Below, piece after piece: positions 10,691 through 23,950 of a DNA stretch of 40,999 nucleotides. The notes beneath the pieces are model-generated. The model saw nothing but the letters and a program-made list of their open reading frames with translations, was not told the DNA's origin and did no database searches. Both the position numbers and the translations under genes were made by a program. Positions within the stretch are counted from its first letter, which is position 1. Each line of letters opens with the position of its first letter. The stretch is from Chiloscyllium plagiosum. Lineage: Eukaryota. The stretch lies in assembly GCF_004010195.1 (NCBI RefSeq), contig NC_057753.1, positions 6,463,629 through 6,504,627 on the forward strand. The letters are read 5' to 3'.

Positions 10691-12439
10691 TCAATGACTT
10701 TTCATACCTTGATACCCGCAGTGTTCTGACGAAATTATATCAATAGATCGACAAATAACAAATATCTGACAGAGAGTGACTCAAATGCAGTTTTCTTTGC
10801 ACCTCTTGGAATTATGGCAAAAAACAACATTTTCTTGCTTTCAGCTGATCCGGCATGAAATTTTGAACCTATCTCAATTTAACCCATTGCTAAACCTCCT
10901 TGAAATCTCCCACTTTGAAAAACAACGTTATTAAAATGACGGAATCTTCAATGACTTAACTTTATGATTATATCATTAGTGGTCAACGCGTGGGTGTATT
11001 TGTGAGTACTGAGAACGTGAAAGCAATTGGCTCAGTTTAAACATTTGTTCCAGGACATGCAAGTTGTGATATCTAAATTGGTCCTCATCACTTCCAAAAT
11101 TAATCTCACTGCTTGTGTTTCGATTCGACACGACGAAAGTGAACTGTCTAAATATTTTAAATATTCGAATGTTTCCCGCTATCTGCCATGGTGAATCCTC
11201 AACAATGTTTTGCATCCTCAGCTCGGTCAGGCAACAGTACGGTCAGGGAATCCTCCAATTTGAATCAGATTGGGCTTTCTACTTCCCTTCAAGCAATCAT
11301 GGAAAATTCAAGGAAATGTAAAATATACTTTACCTGTCCAGAGATATTTTAAGGCAGTACGAAACTTATCATTCCCTACACCTGTGGTAGTTGATCGTAA
11401 AGCATCCATGCAGAGAAATTAATTCTTATCAAAATGACCCCAGAGTTTTCAGCATCCAGTTCTGGAGTATGTTGGAAATCATGAACCACTATGGCCAGGA
11501 ATGTGAAAAGATTAAATTATTTCTTAACGTTTGTGATCTTTCCAAAATATCCTGTCTTTACAGACAGATGTCAACCAAAAACACGGACTACGTTTCTGTA
11601 CTTAAGTACATTGTGGTTTATTGCACATCACCAAGTTCTAGCTAAAAGTCGATTACTTTGAACTCGTAACTTTTAAAAAGACTAGGTTATTCCCTATTCC
11701 ACTTATAACGGTCACCCACATAGGCATTGAAATGCATGTGTGTGTATATATGTAATAAAATGCGATTATGTAGGGAGAGAGAGAGAAAAAAATACAGGAC
11801 GGTGTTACAATTACCCACAGAGTGCACTGAGGTGTTGTCTTTTTTTTTACTAATATTAGGCTGCTGTTGAGCACATCTCCAGCTCCTTTTCGATGGCTTG
11901 TGAAAGACATTGCATCATCACGTAGGACAGGAACGGAAGAAAAATCTTCAGTCCAACTACTTTCTACCACCCATAATTACTAACTGAACAGGTCACGTCT
12001 GCCTGGATTTGGTCCATCTGGCTTCGAATCTTTCCTATTCAAGGACATATCCAAACGTAGTTTTAACTTTGCAATGGAATCCGCACACATGACCTCCCCT
12101 GCCAATTCATTCTGCACACTGACCACCCTCAATGCAAAAGATGTCCCCTCTCAGGTCTTTGAATAACTCTCATCTCACCTTAAAATTGTATCCTCTAGTC
12201 TCAACATACCCCAGTCAAGCAAAAGATCACTTAGCGTTAAATTTAGCGATAAACCTCATGTTCTTATACACCTGTAAGTTCACCGTTCAACTTACAAAGC
12301 TGCAGCGAAAATAAATACTTTGCCTTTCAAGTTATTCCTGAGAAGTCAAAGGTTCCATACCCTCAGCATGCTGGTTAAAAAAAAAAATGCTGAACTTTCC
12401 CAACTTCGTTATAAAGCATTCCAATAACCAGAACAATTG

Positions 12440-12662
12440 AGGACAGCAGACTGCAGAAGCTGCAGATCAGAGTCAAAAATTGTGTTGTTGAAAAAATACA
12501 GTCGGTCATAGAGCATCCGAGGAGCAGGAGACCCGATGTTTCTAGCAGAAGCACGTTCTCAGGAATGCGTGATGAAGAGCTAATGCACAAAACGTTGACT
12601 CTCACTCTCTGCAGACGTTGCCTGAACGGCTGTGGTTTTCTAGCAACAGAATGTTTGGCTCT
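12440..12662. mobile_element. Old, degenerate palindromic pair of Penelope family A terminal repeats
   Basis: Left arm gaagctgcagatcagagtc...gagcatccgaggagcaggagacccgatgtttc...ctcaggaatg, then an inverted arm tgatgaagagctaatgcacaaaacgttgactctc...gttttctagcaacaga. Paralog at ~33632-33857. Confidence 0.6.
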
Positions 12663-13618
12663 TTTCCATAATGGGTTTAAAAGAAATGGACAACAATGCT
12701 CCATGGGAGACGTCACTAACATTTTTAAATCTAAAGATGACGTCCCAATTCCTATCCTCAAACGTCTGGTCAGTGAAGGCCAGCATACTAAATGCATTCT
12801 TAACTATCCTATAAATGTGTGACATAAAGTTCAAAGAATTATGTACCTATTCTCCGAGGTCAGTCTTATCTATAATACCATATAAGTTCTTGAGTTAATT
12901 GAATATTTCCTGCCCTGTAGTTTTGCAAAATGAATGTTTCATATTCATTCCTGTTGAACTGGGTCTGACATTGTTCCACGCCTTCACCCATCCTATTAAA
13001 ATCACTTTGTAATCTTAGAAACATGTCTTCACTGACTAATGGCCAGCGTTTTTGCTGTCATCCATAACCTTGTTGATGTTTGCTCCATTTTGTAACAAGA
13101 TGAGGGCGCCGCTGGCTAGGCAGCACATATTGTCCATCCCTAATTGCTGGAAACAGGTCTCTCGTCCGAAAATAAACAACCAAAATCCACCCCTCTCCGA
13201 CTCTTGCTGGCAATCATATTTCATATTCAATTACTAGGGTAACCCTGAATCCCATGCAATCAAACTTTACAAATTAGACGAGAATGTGAAGCCTTGTCAC
13301 AGGTTTTACTGAAGTCCAAGTAAACAACATGAACCAGTTTCGCTTATCAATCGTTTTGGATGTTTCCTCAGAAAACTCAATCACCTGTTGGAGACACGAA
13401 ATCCCGCACACAAAATTATGCTGATTCATCAATCTTTGACTCGGGCAATGCATGCACATCCCACATTTTAGCAGCACTTACAAGAACATACCCATCATCA
13501 AAGATGGACTCAATATAACTGCAATTCATCGGTTTCTCTTTGTATCCCTTTATAAACAGTGCCACTCTCCAGTGATCTTGCATCTCTCTCGTTGATATAC
13601 ATGATGCATACGTGTCTG

Positions 13619-13846
13619 CAAGGGCCCTGTAATTTCCTCCCTAATTTTCCAGAATGTTCTGAGACATGCGACATCAGGTCACTGTAACGTATCGATATCT
13701 ATATTTTCTAAGACATTCAACACTTCCTGGTCCAAGGGCCCTGTAATTTCCTCCCTAATTTTCCAGAATGTTCTGAGACATGCGACATCAGGTCACTGTA
13801 ATGTATCGATATCTATATTTTCTAAGACAGTCAACACTTCCTGGTC
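13619..13846 (+). repeat. 114-bp tandem duplication (2 copies, 2 mismatches)
   Basis: caagggccctgtaatttcc...cacttcctggtc starts at 13619 and again at 13733. Unit 2 has a single copy (~34814-34927). Confidence 0.95.
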
Positions 13847-14044
13847 AGTGGTGTGAATAATTTCAAAACACCAATATTTAATTCTCTGCATTCTCTCGCC
13901 TTTGTTTATTTCACTACAGTAAAAAAGAAGAGGACAAAAGATATTCACTTAATATGACATGCTTCCGTGGGATTGAACACAAAGGCGACCTCTTCAACGT
14001 TTATTGGGTCATACTCTGTTTTGCCCTTTTGCTCAGAATCACTA

Positions 14045-14797
14045 TTGTCCCCTGTCCCTGCCACAGCGGGAAGTGCAACACCTGCCCCTGCATCGTCCCC
14101 TCATCTCCATCTAAGATCCCAAAGAATCCTTTCACATCTGACAGAAATTAACCTGTACCTCCACAAATGTCAATTGCCGTATACGTTACACTTGATGTGT
14201 CCGTCTGTACATTGCGGAGAGTGGATGTAAACTTGTGGATCGTTTCAGAGAACTTCGCTGGGACACCGCACCAACCAACCCCATTGCCCTGTGGTTGAAC
14301 ACTTCAACTCTCCCACACACTCCACCAAGGACATGCAAGTCCTGGGCCTCTTCCATCGCCAAACCTTAACCATCCAAAGCCTGAAGGAAGACGCCTCTTC
14401 TTCTGCCTTTGTAAAATACAAACATACCGGATTAAAATAGACTTCATAAGTTTCCTCATTTCCTCTTCCCTCAGTTTATCTCAGTCCCAAGACTCCAACT
14501 CGATAAAACCTGCTGGAACTATCAATCGGCTTTCCCATCTTTATGTTCCCCCCATACCTCTGACCTATAATCTTCCCCCCACCTTCATCTACCTATTGTC
14601 TTCTCAGCTACCGTTTCACGAACCCCTCCACCTTGCATTTATCTCTCTGACCTCCGCCCACAAGCCTCATTCCGGGCGACAGTTTGATGACTGAAACTCG
14701 ATTCACCTTCTCCTCGGTTACTGCTTGACATGGTTTGCTTTTCCAGTACCACATTTCCGACTCTGATCTCCAGCATCTGCACTCCTCACATTTTCCC
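14045..14797 (+). mobile_element. 5'-truncated, decayed Penelope-like element (family A): GIY-YIG region plus terminal repeat
   Basis: PCHSGKCNTCP...TCTSTNV..IR...LYIAE...DRFRE...NQPHCPVVEHFNSPTHSTKDMQVLGL, ending in ctctgatctccagcatctgcactcctcacattttcc. Confidence 0.8.
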
Positions 14798-17551
14798 GAT
14801 ACATTGCTTTGTTTCAGACATTCAATGATTTATGAGCGATCGTGAGTGATGTTTATTGCTGTTTCTCCCAAAACACATGGGTCCCATTATATTTATGAAG
14901 CGATGTTTGTCTGGAAAGTTATAAGAGAACTGCAGGCATGTTTCCTCGCTTCTTCTGGACTAGAACCTCTGCATGTTTATTCATTCATTGCACCCAAATC
15001 TTACGAGCCTTGTATTTCACTTTCACATGAAGATAATTATTCAGAACTGTCGTCGTCGCTCTTCTGAAAGACCCTCCTTTGTCAGACGTCCTATTGCGTG
15101 GAAATAGTGTACGTTAATCATCTTTGAAAGTTGTGGTCGCATAACAATTATTCAATTATCTACGATGCCTTATCATACGGTTGTCTCAACTTCACTATGT
15201 CTACTTGGATGCCTAAAGTACAATCTCAACAAGGTGACCATTCCTTTCCTATTTCGAATTTCAACTTATTTGATAACGCTCGACTATTTTTTCATAATTA
15301 CCGTGTCTCGTTCCAACAGTAATGTTTTCCCTCAATAAAAAATTGAGATCCCACTCCTCTACACCCTCCCATTCCTTCATTTCAATATCATTTTGCACCT
15401 TGGAACATTGAACTGCCACACCTGTCCATTCCTCACATTTCTGTAATAACCACAACGTCTCAACCCCATATTTCCCAACATTCGCTGCGTTCATCAGCCT
15501 AACATGCAAAATATCTTTCCTTAAAAAAGAGGCAGTTTAATTTTGTAGTCTGATATTTCATCGTCAGTTTTTTCGAAGTAACTTGTTATTTTCATAATCA
15601 ATGCTTTCTGTATTCATGTTCTATTTACACTGCTGCCTCATCTTGCTCTACCAGCTACCCCTCCCCACTAACATTTTACATTCTCACTTAATGGGACTAG
15701 CAAAGATAGCGAGTGCTTTACAAATTACTAAAATCTGTGAATTACTGATCAAATGTAATACCTTAGCGCAAACGTCACCTTGAATAAAATGGCCTTTTTC
15801 AAACATCACTTTTTTTGTACTGCAAGGAGACACACCATCTTTCCTTCTCAACATCAGAATGCTTTGAAAGTATTGTTCGCATTCAGAAGAAGACGTACAC
15901 TGGTGACAAACACAAACGCTATTCCTTCGTCAACCCTAACTAGTCAGTATAACAAAAAAAAACAATCAAGTGATTAGTTCGGGCAATTGTCGTTGCGAAT
16001 GCACCTGTTGCTGCTATCCTATTCGTAACAAACCTCCCATATTTCCCAAAGAAAGTGGTGAAAGTATCATCTCCCATGACTTTTTTTCCAAACTTAGTTC
16101 TAAGAATCACAATTTCCTTCATAAAGCATCATGTTAATACAGTTGTTTACTACGTCGGTTCATAATTTTTTGAAAAAACGAAAAACATAGACGTTTACAC
16201 GTGCAAGAATGCCCCTGAAATCACTTAATGGTGAGAGTAAGGAAACGATTGTTACAAGCGAGGAAGAAGGAGAAAATGGAGCTCAGTGAAACGTGAGGAA
16301 AGAATGCAACATAGGGTGCGAAAAACAATTAGGGAAGAACAAGAGACTTGATGTTAGAAAATGAACGGATGATTCAAGGAAGTCAGTGCAAAAACTTACT
16401 CGCATGACAAATGAATAAGACTTAAGTTATTCAAAAATGAGAAATTCGGAGAAGCAGTTCGTTCTGGGCAACTATTGTTTGAATGTCTGATAAATACATA
16501 CATCGGGAAAAACATTACAATTGCTGAAAAAACTGGTGCATGTTATCATGTGTTGAATTCAAAACAACTACACGCAGGAAACGTTTCAGTTATACTGGAC
16601 TTCGTGAAATCAGACCTGGAGTATTTTAAAAGCCAATGCCCTTGCAATTAAGCAAATATACAACACTGATGAAGTCAAATTAGAGACAATTTTATCGTCT
16701 AATAACTAGAATAAGTGGCAGTAATTTTTGGACATTATTACGCTGGCACATGTCAAATATTACAAGATGTGACTTAATGTATCTATATTAAGATAAACAC
16801 TTGGTCAGAAATGACTTGTTTTTCAGGACTGGTAGGAATGTCAACTAGTCAGGTCCGTCATGATCGCAATGAGTAACAAAAGAGGCACAATGGGGCATAT
16901 GGGTATGTTCCTTCTTCCTATCCATATTTTTGGATACGCATGTGCATGTCTGTAAAGAATGCAATGCAGCATTATTGGAAATATGTGGATAACCTGTGAT
17001 ATGAAAAATTAAAGGTTAAACACGTTCAGTTACCTTAGGTATTTGAAGCACTTTACGCTTTTCAGTAATGTTTTTAGGCCGATAATTTTGAACACTTGTG
17101 GAATTTTCTTTTATCGAGTTAGGGAAACATTCGATCTGGAAGTAATTACAGAGATTGGAATGACCTCGGACCAGCAGGAAATTGCTGATTAATGCTTTCA
17201 AGGTTAAGGATTGCACAGACCGTCATGCAAGGAGAGACACGATGAGAACCTTAAAATATAAATGAAATATGTAAGTCGCAGAATTTAAAGAGGAGGGATA
17301 GTTTTGATTATTGGAGGATTATTGAAGAAAACGTAAATGGCGTGATGTAAAAAGGAACTCGCAGATATCATTTTTATTACTGGAACAGATCATGTTGGAG
17401 TGGGGTGGAGGTTATTGGGCCGGGGGAAAACACAGTAATGGAGACCGATGCACATTTTGTCGGAAGTGACTGGGAAAAAAAGAAAAGTTACAGGATATTC
17501 TCTACTGGTTCACATTTTGCCCATTATCTGTTTTTGCATAACAAAATGATG

Positions 17552-20099
17552 TCAGTTTGATTGTTTCTTGATAAACACAACAAGTAATGTCAGAGGATAT
17601 GTCAATGTAAGTTTTAGCTCTTCTCTGAACTTAGATTGTGTTACCACGTAAATGAACGTGTTTGTGCAGCAGCTTAAATTACGCAGCATATATGCCAAGT
17701 TCTCAAATACATAAGCAGACGGGCCATCTAATAGCTCATCAACATCAAAAAAATATAAAACATCGATGAACCACAGAAGTATGAAGCTGCTGAATATGGT
17801 GAAGAGCAAAATGATAGACTTCCTTCTGCTCTCAGCTCCAGAGTCTCCCTTGCTGTGACATTTGAGTCATTTACGGATTCGACTGGCCACTAAAATATAA
17901 CTGACTGTTGCACCGTTGAGAAACAGAATTAACCCAAATGGTATCAACGGTGTTAAAATCTTCTCAAATGTACAAAATCCAATCCATCTCGAGTCAGTGA
18001 AATAGCTTGATCTATTAGAACAGCGCCAAGGTATGTTGTTGATAATCCTCTGTGGTCTAAACCTAAAGTATATTGGAATATTTTTCAAACCGAGAAAAAT
18101 CCCTGTTGTTAGGAGAATCACTGTTGCAGTTTTCTTGGTACAATTGTGAGATTTCAACTTTGGGCAACAAATAACAATAAATAGACAAAAGTGAAAATGA
18201 CAGTGAACCAGACAGAACAGTCTGTGGCAGCGCGGAGCAGAACACAGTGAATACTGCACACAGGAGTGATTTTCAGGAAAGTTAATGGAAAATAATAATC
18301 ATTGATTCTGTTCAGTACAACGTCAGTAATGATGAAGAGGAGATCTGCTGTTGTCATGGCCAACAGGTAGCGAGTCATGCAGGTTGATAGCCCACAGTTT
18401 TCCTGTGACATGACTAAAACTGAAAGTAAATTCACTGGAAGAGGACAAGAACATGTATTTGGTAATGATTTTTTTTCTGTTTCTGATCAGCCATTAAGAA
18501 CTTTTCGCTAGAGAAGTATGCATTTGGCATCATCACAGAGTTGAAAGGAATGGAAAAATTAACTGTGTGGCAATGTAAATTGATTCATGATTGCTGAGAA
18601 GAATTCTCCATTCGTAAGCATTAACCATTTAATATCTACACACGTATATGTTGGTACTGCGGCAGCGACAAGATACACTGAGCAATGAATCCAGTCTGAC
18701 TGATAACTGCACACTTTCAAGCTTAAAATTTTGGGATCTCATCCAATGTCAGGTTAATCCTGTGCAGTATGACGACAGGTTCAATATTTATGCAAGAACT
18801 TATATATGTAATTAACTTTCACTTTTCACTTCTAGTCGTATTATCTGAGCTTACAGAAAACAACCTTTGGTTTTGTTTTAACCACTGCAAATTGAATCCG
18901 AGTCACTAATACTATAGTCTTTCAGAAAGTATATTACAATGGAGTGATTTCAGATTTCAGCTCATAAGAAATAGGTTGTGCTCTATTCTTTGGTTACACA
19001 AATGCAGTGCAAATATCCCATATTGAGTCCTCAAAAGGTAAGATTCCTTTAAATAGGGATATGGAGAAGATAATTTAACTGTCAATTTTCTAAAATCAAA
19101 GTTTACCACTTTAAAATTGCCAATGATAAATATACAGTAAAGTGGTATTTAAGTCCAAGAATGTTTACCTTATGCAATTATTGGTACATGGAATAATTGA
19201 GAACATTAGCTTCCGTGAGATAAGACATAAAAATTGCAACAATGGCAGGACGTGCCAGTTGCCTTAGATGAGATGTAGTAGATGGAAGCTTTCATGGATC
19301 AAACAGTCTGTTATTACTTCATTGAACGAAAAGTGTTCAGTTTTGCCCTTTGAAATCTGACTTAAGCCTAATTGAGCTACATTAGTTGCATTCCCTCACA
19401 GTCATCTGTATGTATTGAATGTGATGATATTCTTAAGTTTTACCGATTCCAATAAAAAGAGTGATATTCCCCATTACTACTCTTTATCCGGGAGAGAACA
19501 GTGATCACTTCACTCCCTCACACACAAATCCGAAATAAAACCAACTCTTGCTTCATCTGTGGAGGGAAAATAGAATTAAGTAGACATGAAACATTAACTG
19601 TGCTCACAGATGATGCCAGGCTTGCTGTGAGTTCCCAGCAATGTGTATTTTTGCTGTCATAATCACTGGAAGTGAATTTTGTTCCTCATGAGCAATGACC
19701 AACATGCCGCAATGTGCACCGAGTCTAAGAATGAAGCTGAATGAAAGAAAGGAATAGTTAATACAACAGAATTTGAATGCATTCTCGATTCATTGCTATT
19801 CCGTTAATAGTACACACAGTTTCAGTAGAACGGTAAACTATCGAATGACAGAAATACAAAGATACTTTCAGGCAGAAGGAGGCAATGCAGTCCATAATAA
19901 ATGCACCTGCTCTCCAATTAAAAATGATTAACGAAACTATGTTCAACCATTCTGCTTCCTTGAACATACAACGAACTAACTTGTAAGATGAAAAGCCTTC
20001 GAGAAATAGCTTTACTCAGATCAGAAACTTACCAGGAACTCAAATCATGGCAAGAATTAGATAGTATACTTTCCTCACCATTTGAATAGGGAGATGCAT
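17552..20099 (-). pseudogene. GPR139/GPR142-like class A (rhodopsin-family) GPCR pseudogene, copy B; exon 1 at 20033-20099, exon 2 at 17552-18434
   Basis: GT-AG intron 18435-20032 (gtaag donor, cttgtcctcttccag acceptor) joins VP|VNLLSVLV in phase 1. Seven hydrophobic segments with YLLAMTTADLL (TM2), PVCS..DCSVWFTVIFTF (TM3), LTPLIPFGLILFLN (TM5), SRRKSIILLFTI..FILLW (TM6) and LSCCTNTFIY..QSKFREEL (TM7/H8). Lesions: TGA at 20040-20042, a 1-nt deletion at ~18185 and TGA at 17867-17869. The repaired ORF is ~316 aa. Confidence 0.9.
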
Positions 20100-21739
20100 A
20101 TTTTTCGCTTGACGTATAGTGTCCTTGCATGTCTGAACAATAGTTTGAATTAGGCTCTGAACCAATGCACTCCAAATGTGTGAGCCAAACGTATTCCAAC
20201 ACCTCTCACGGGAATCGGTAGTTGTGATATTATTCATAATGCTTTTAAGGTCCTTCGAACAAACAATTTGTTGATGTCAAGCTAATTTCCAGAGCGAAAG
20301 GCATTTTTATTGCTGATGTCATTATACGCCTCCACCCTGTCCACTCGATAAGACGAGGTATATCTCTTCATCAAGAAGTTTACATTGTAGTTTGCTTTAC
20401 AGTTTACTGGAGATGATCAATCATGCAAACTATTTCAGGACCGTCTATTTTTCCAACTCACTGACTTCCCACAATTGACCGCACAACATTTTGGGCAGTG
20501 TTTATATCGGTTGGAGGCTGGCATTGAGTCAATATTAATGGTGTATTGAACTCGAAATGTTCCTTATGCTTTTTTTTCTTTTCTTCACAGGTGCTCCCAA
20601 GCCTTGTGTGTTCAACCGAAATTTCTCTTTTGCCTGAATGAATAAGCACGTCCGGTTTACACTTTCATGTTCTCGCAAGTGTAATCTATGCATGCCAATC
20701 AAAAGTACGCTCTTACATAATGTTCAACAGTACACATTTAAATGATTAATAATTTATACTTCACATGTCTCACGTTAATGTGTTCAACGAGATAAAGCAT
20801 TTCATGAAACCTAGATGCCAAAATCCAATGCAGAATAGAATGCTTTGTTTTTGTCCATTGCCGCTGGTTTCACATTATCTGACATGTATCATTGTTCTTG
20901 AAGTTTCCTTTGTCCCAGAATGAACAAGTACTTTTTTTGTCACTCGTATTCCTGTATTGATTGGCTGTTTGTTCTTGGTTATTAGCAGTTTTTGTTCTGG
21001 TATTGGAAATATTTCACCTTACATCGCCCTTCTTTTGGCACATTATATTTGCCAAAGGAGAATAAGTAATAATGAGTAAAGCAAATCGTCCACTTGCTCT
21101 GCCGTAACGTAAACAGTCCAGCTGGCATGAACAGTTTCGGATGCTTTCTTCTTTTCACTTTGAAAAGCCGAGATTAATTCAAATGGAGAAATGATCAGTA
21201 CAGATTTTAGATGCACATCTGTGGTGGCCCATAGAAGCATAACTCCTGTCACTAAAGTCATTTTGTTGAAAATTTCTTATCAGTCTGTGACACAGTTTCC
21301 TTAAAAACCAAGGTTATATCACAAATGTCAGGTTCAAGTTTGATTTGTAATAGTAAGTGACCCAGGAGCTAGGTCCATTTGTACAAAGCCCCGATGGATA
21401 CGTTGCAGGTACAGATTGATATTAGACGCGATTTGCATAGTTTGCCTCATCACGTTACGAGAGGATTCAACTACAAACACTGTATCATCGCACTGAGAAT
21501 CAACCATATGAGTTGAATTTGCTCATTTTCAGTGAAAATCTGTCATCACCAAAGAATGTAATTTGTATACAAAGACTAATGTTTCAGATGCAAACCACAC
21601 ACTTTTACCCACAACCTCCTTAATTCAGTTTGCTCTTCTTTAAGTCATGTGGGTACATTGAGCATACCGCAGTTCACTGAAGAAGGAAATCAGCAGGGTG
21701 AAAATGGGCACGTGACATTTTTGGTTGAGAAGATTCGGT

Positions 21740-23010
21740 GAATGCAGAGATTCTTCAAGTATATCAAAATAAATGACTAGAGAAAGAATAGGACATCTCA
21801 AGCCAAAGCGGGCATGTACATGTGGAACTGCAGCAGTTGGCTTAGATCCTCAATGAATATTTCGACTCCATGTTTACCGTGGAGAAAGACATGAAGATTT
21901 GGGAATGTGGGAACAATAGTGATAATTTATTGGGGACAGTTCTTAGCACAGTAGAAGAGGTCTTGGATTTATTAGAATGTATGAAGCTGGATAAATCTCC
22001 ACGTCCAGAACAGTGATATCCACGACCGCTGCAAGAGGCAAGAGAATAAATTGCGGGGGCCCTTGCTGACATTTTTGCATCATTGATATCCACGGATGAA
22101 GTCCCAGAAAACTGGAGATTAGCAATTAATTTCCTTCATGCAAGGATGTCTGCAAAGAAAAACCTGGGAGCTATATACCAGAACACACAAAACCTGTGGT
22201 AGGAATTTACTTAGGAAGCGTCTGAGAGACTACAGACTAGAGGCACACGCGTTTGGAAAGATATGCTTTGATTAGGAATAGCTAGCCTGGCTTCCTGCAT
22301 GTGAGATTAGGTCACACAAATTCGACGATGTTCTTTGTTTAATTGAAGAGATAGTTTGAAGAATTCAGAGTGTTAATTACAGTCTCCATGGATTTCAGCA
22401 AGGTCGGTGATCGGATTCCTCATCAGTAGGTGTTCTGGAAGGTTGAGTTGCACAGAAACGAGGCAGAGCTGTCAAACTGGATGCACAATTGGCTTTATGT
22501 TCGGAAGCAGAGTGCAATTAAAAAAGGATGCTTGTCGCACTGCAAACCTGTGACGAGTGAAGTGCCTCAGTGGTCGATGCTGAGCCCATTGCTGTTCGCT
22601 ATTTTATTAAGGACCGAGAATTTTCAAATGCTGTTCAACATAGATAAGCGTGTGGTCTTCCACTGTGCAAAGTTTTAGCAAGGTAGGAATTGACCAAGAT
22701 AGGAGTGCACTGGGACAGAGGGATCTTGGTTTTCAGGTATATGTTTCTCTGAAAGAGGAATCATCGGTGGATAAGGCATTGAAGACACACTCGCCTTCAT
22801 CAGTCCAACTATTGAGAATAGAATTGCCAAGTTATCTTGCAATTTCACGGGACGTAAGTGAGGCTAGAATTGGAATATTGTGTTGAGATTTCTTTTTTCT
22901 CATTTTGCTTAAGGAAGGATGTTATTAAACTGGAAAGAGTGCAAACGAATTTTACGAGACTGTTGGCAAAGCCTAACGGCCTATGTTACAGGGAGCGGTT
23001 CGGCAATTGA
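21740..23010 (+). mobile_element. Decayed CR1-type LINE ORF2 fragments (paralog of 3110-4400)
   Basis: ORF 22430-22678 reads WMHNWLYVRKQ...KPVTSEVPQWSMLSPLLFAI. Confidence 0.75.
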
Positions 23011-23269
23011 ACTGAATTGTTTCATTCTATTTCTTCCTGAACTTTAGACAATCCTGACCATTAAGACGAGCTCCTACAGACAAAATGTTTTAGTCCACTT
23101 TTCAGCCAGTTGTATCAGACGATCCTACTGTGCCAGATTTTTTTTTCTGATGATTTTATATGGAAATACAAAAGTTGTGTTAGGTTCACAGACATAACAC
23201 CAAATGCACAACGCAATAGGTCAGTGATATGCCCCTCCAAAAGGAAGTGAGGCACAAGTTTAACAGCGG

Positions 23270-23950
23270 GTCCATCGGGTGTGCAAGATTCCAGAAATTC
23301 ATGGATGTTTAAAATTACTTTGCTACAGAGTATCAGAGGAGTTACCTTGCAAGAACCGTGTAAACTGGTCTGCAGGTAGAGCGCTAATAGGAAAGGCAAA
23401 TTGAATTTTGGCAATTAATGCAAAATTATCGTATGGATTATTCTATAAAGTGGCTGCAAATCAACAAGAATTTAGTGAGACACTATCGTGATATTGCATG
23501 CAGTTTTGTTTCTCTTAGTAGAGGGATGAAGTTTTCATAAAAACAGCTCAGTGAGGGTACGCAGGACTGATTTCAGAAACTATGAGTTTGCCTTATAGAG
23601 AGGGGTTGTGCAGCTCAACCCATACTCTCTGGAGTTTCGAGCATGAGTTCTGTATTGAGTCAGGGATATATGATGCTGAAGGAAATGGATAAATTATGTG
23701 CAGAATGGATGTTTTCTGATGTTAAGCAACATGGAAGAGATGTCATAATTTTATAATACAGTTCAGCAGACGTTACGTGGCACTAAGGATAAAGAATAAT
23801 GCTTCGCAGGTTCAAACAAATCGGAGATGAATTGTTTCATTTGAAGGATCGTAAATATGTGGATTTCATAGTCGTAGAGTAGAGCAGCAGCTGCAATATT
23901 AAGTCAGATTATGGAGAATATAGATTTTTAATCAACAAAAGAGTGAATGG
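23270..23950 (+). mobile_element. Highly decayed CR1-like 3' fragment in a block absent from unit 1
   Basis: Remnant motifs (tgcatgcagttttgtttctct; tatagagaggggttg; tactctctggagtttcga) resemble the CR1 ORF2 C-terminus. Confidence 0.45.

Larger units (their letters stand above)
11985..13900 (-). mobile_element. Discontinuous decayed CR1-type fragments
   Basis: Minus-strand VKNAFSMLAF (12640-12834) and ISCLQQVIEFSEETSKTIDK...VYLDFSK-like motifs (13274-13477), interleaved with other repeats. Boundaries approximate. Confidence 0.55.
225..17440 (+). repeat. Segmental duplication unit 1 (paralogous to 18718-38491)
   Basis: Collinear matches throughout, e.g. 225~18718, 1402~20033, 3232~21900, 8163~29873, 14050~35135, 17380-17438~38433-38491, with scattered substitutions and several large indels. 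Confidence 0.95.

Noticed and set aside
15100..16700. Short ORFs shared by both units (paralog ~36200-37700) as a second host gene
   Set aside because: No recognisable domain or consistent splice structure; the sharing is explained by the duplication.
17373..17378. AATAAA (minus strand) ~175 nt downstream of the GPCR stop as a polyadenylation signal
   Set aside because: Not conserved at the paralogous position (~38425, AATACA) and common in AT-rich DNA.
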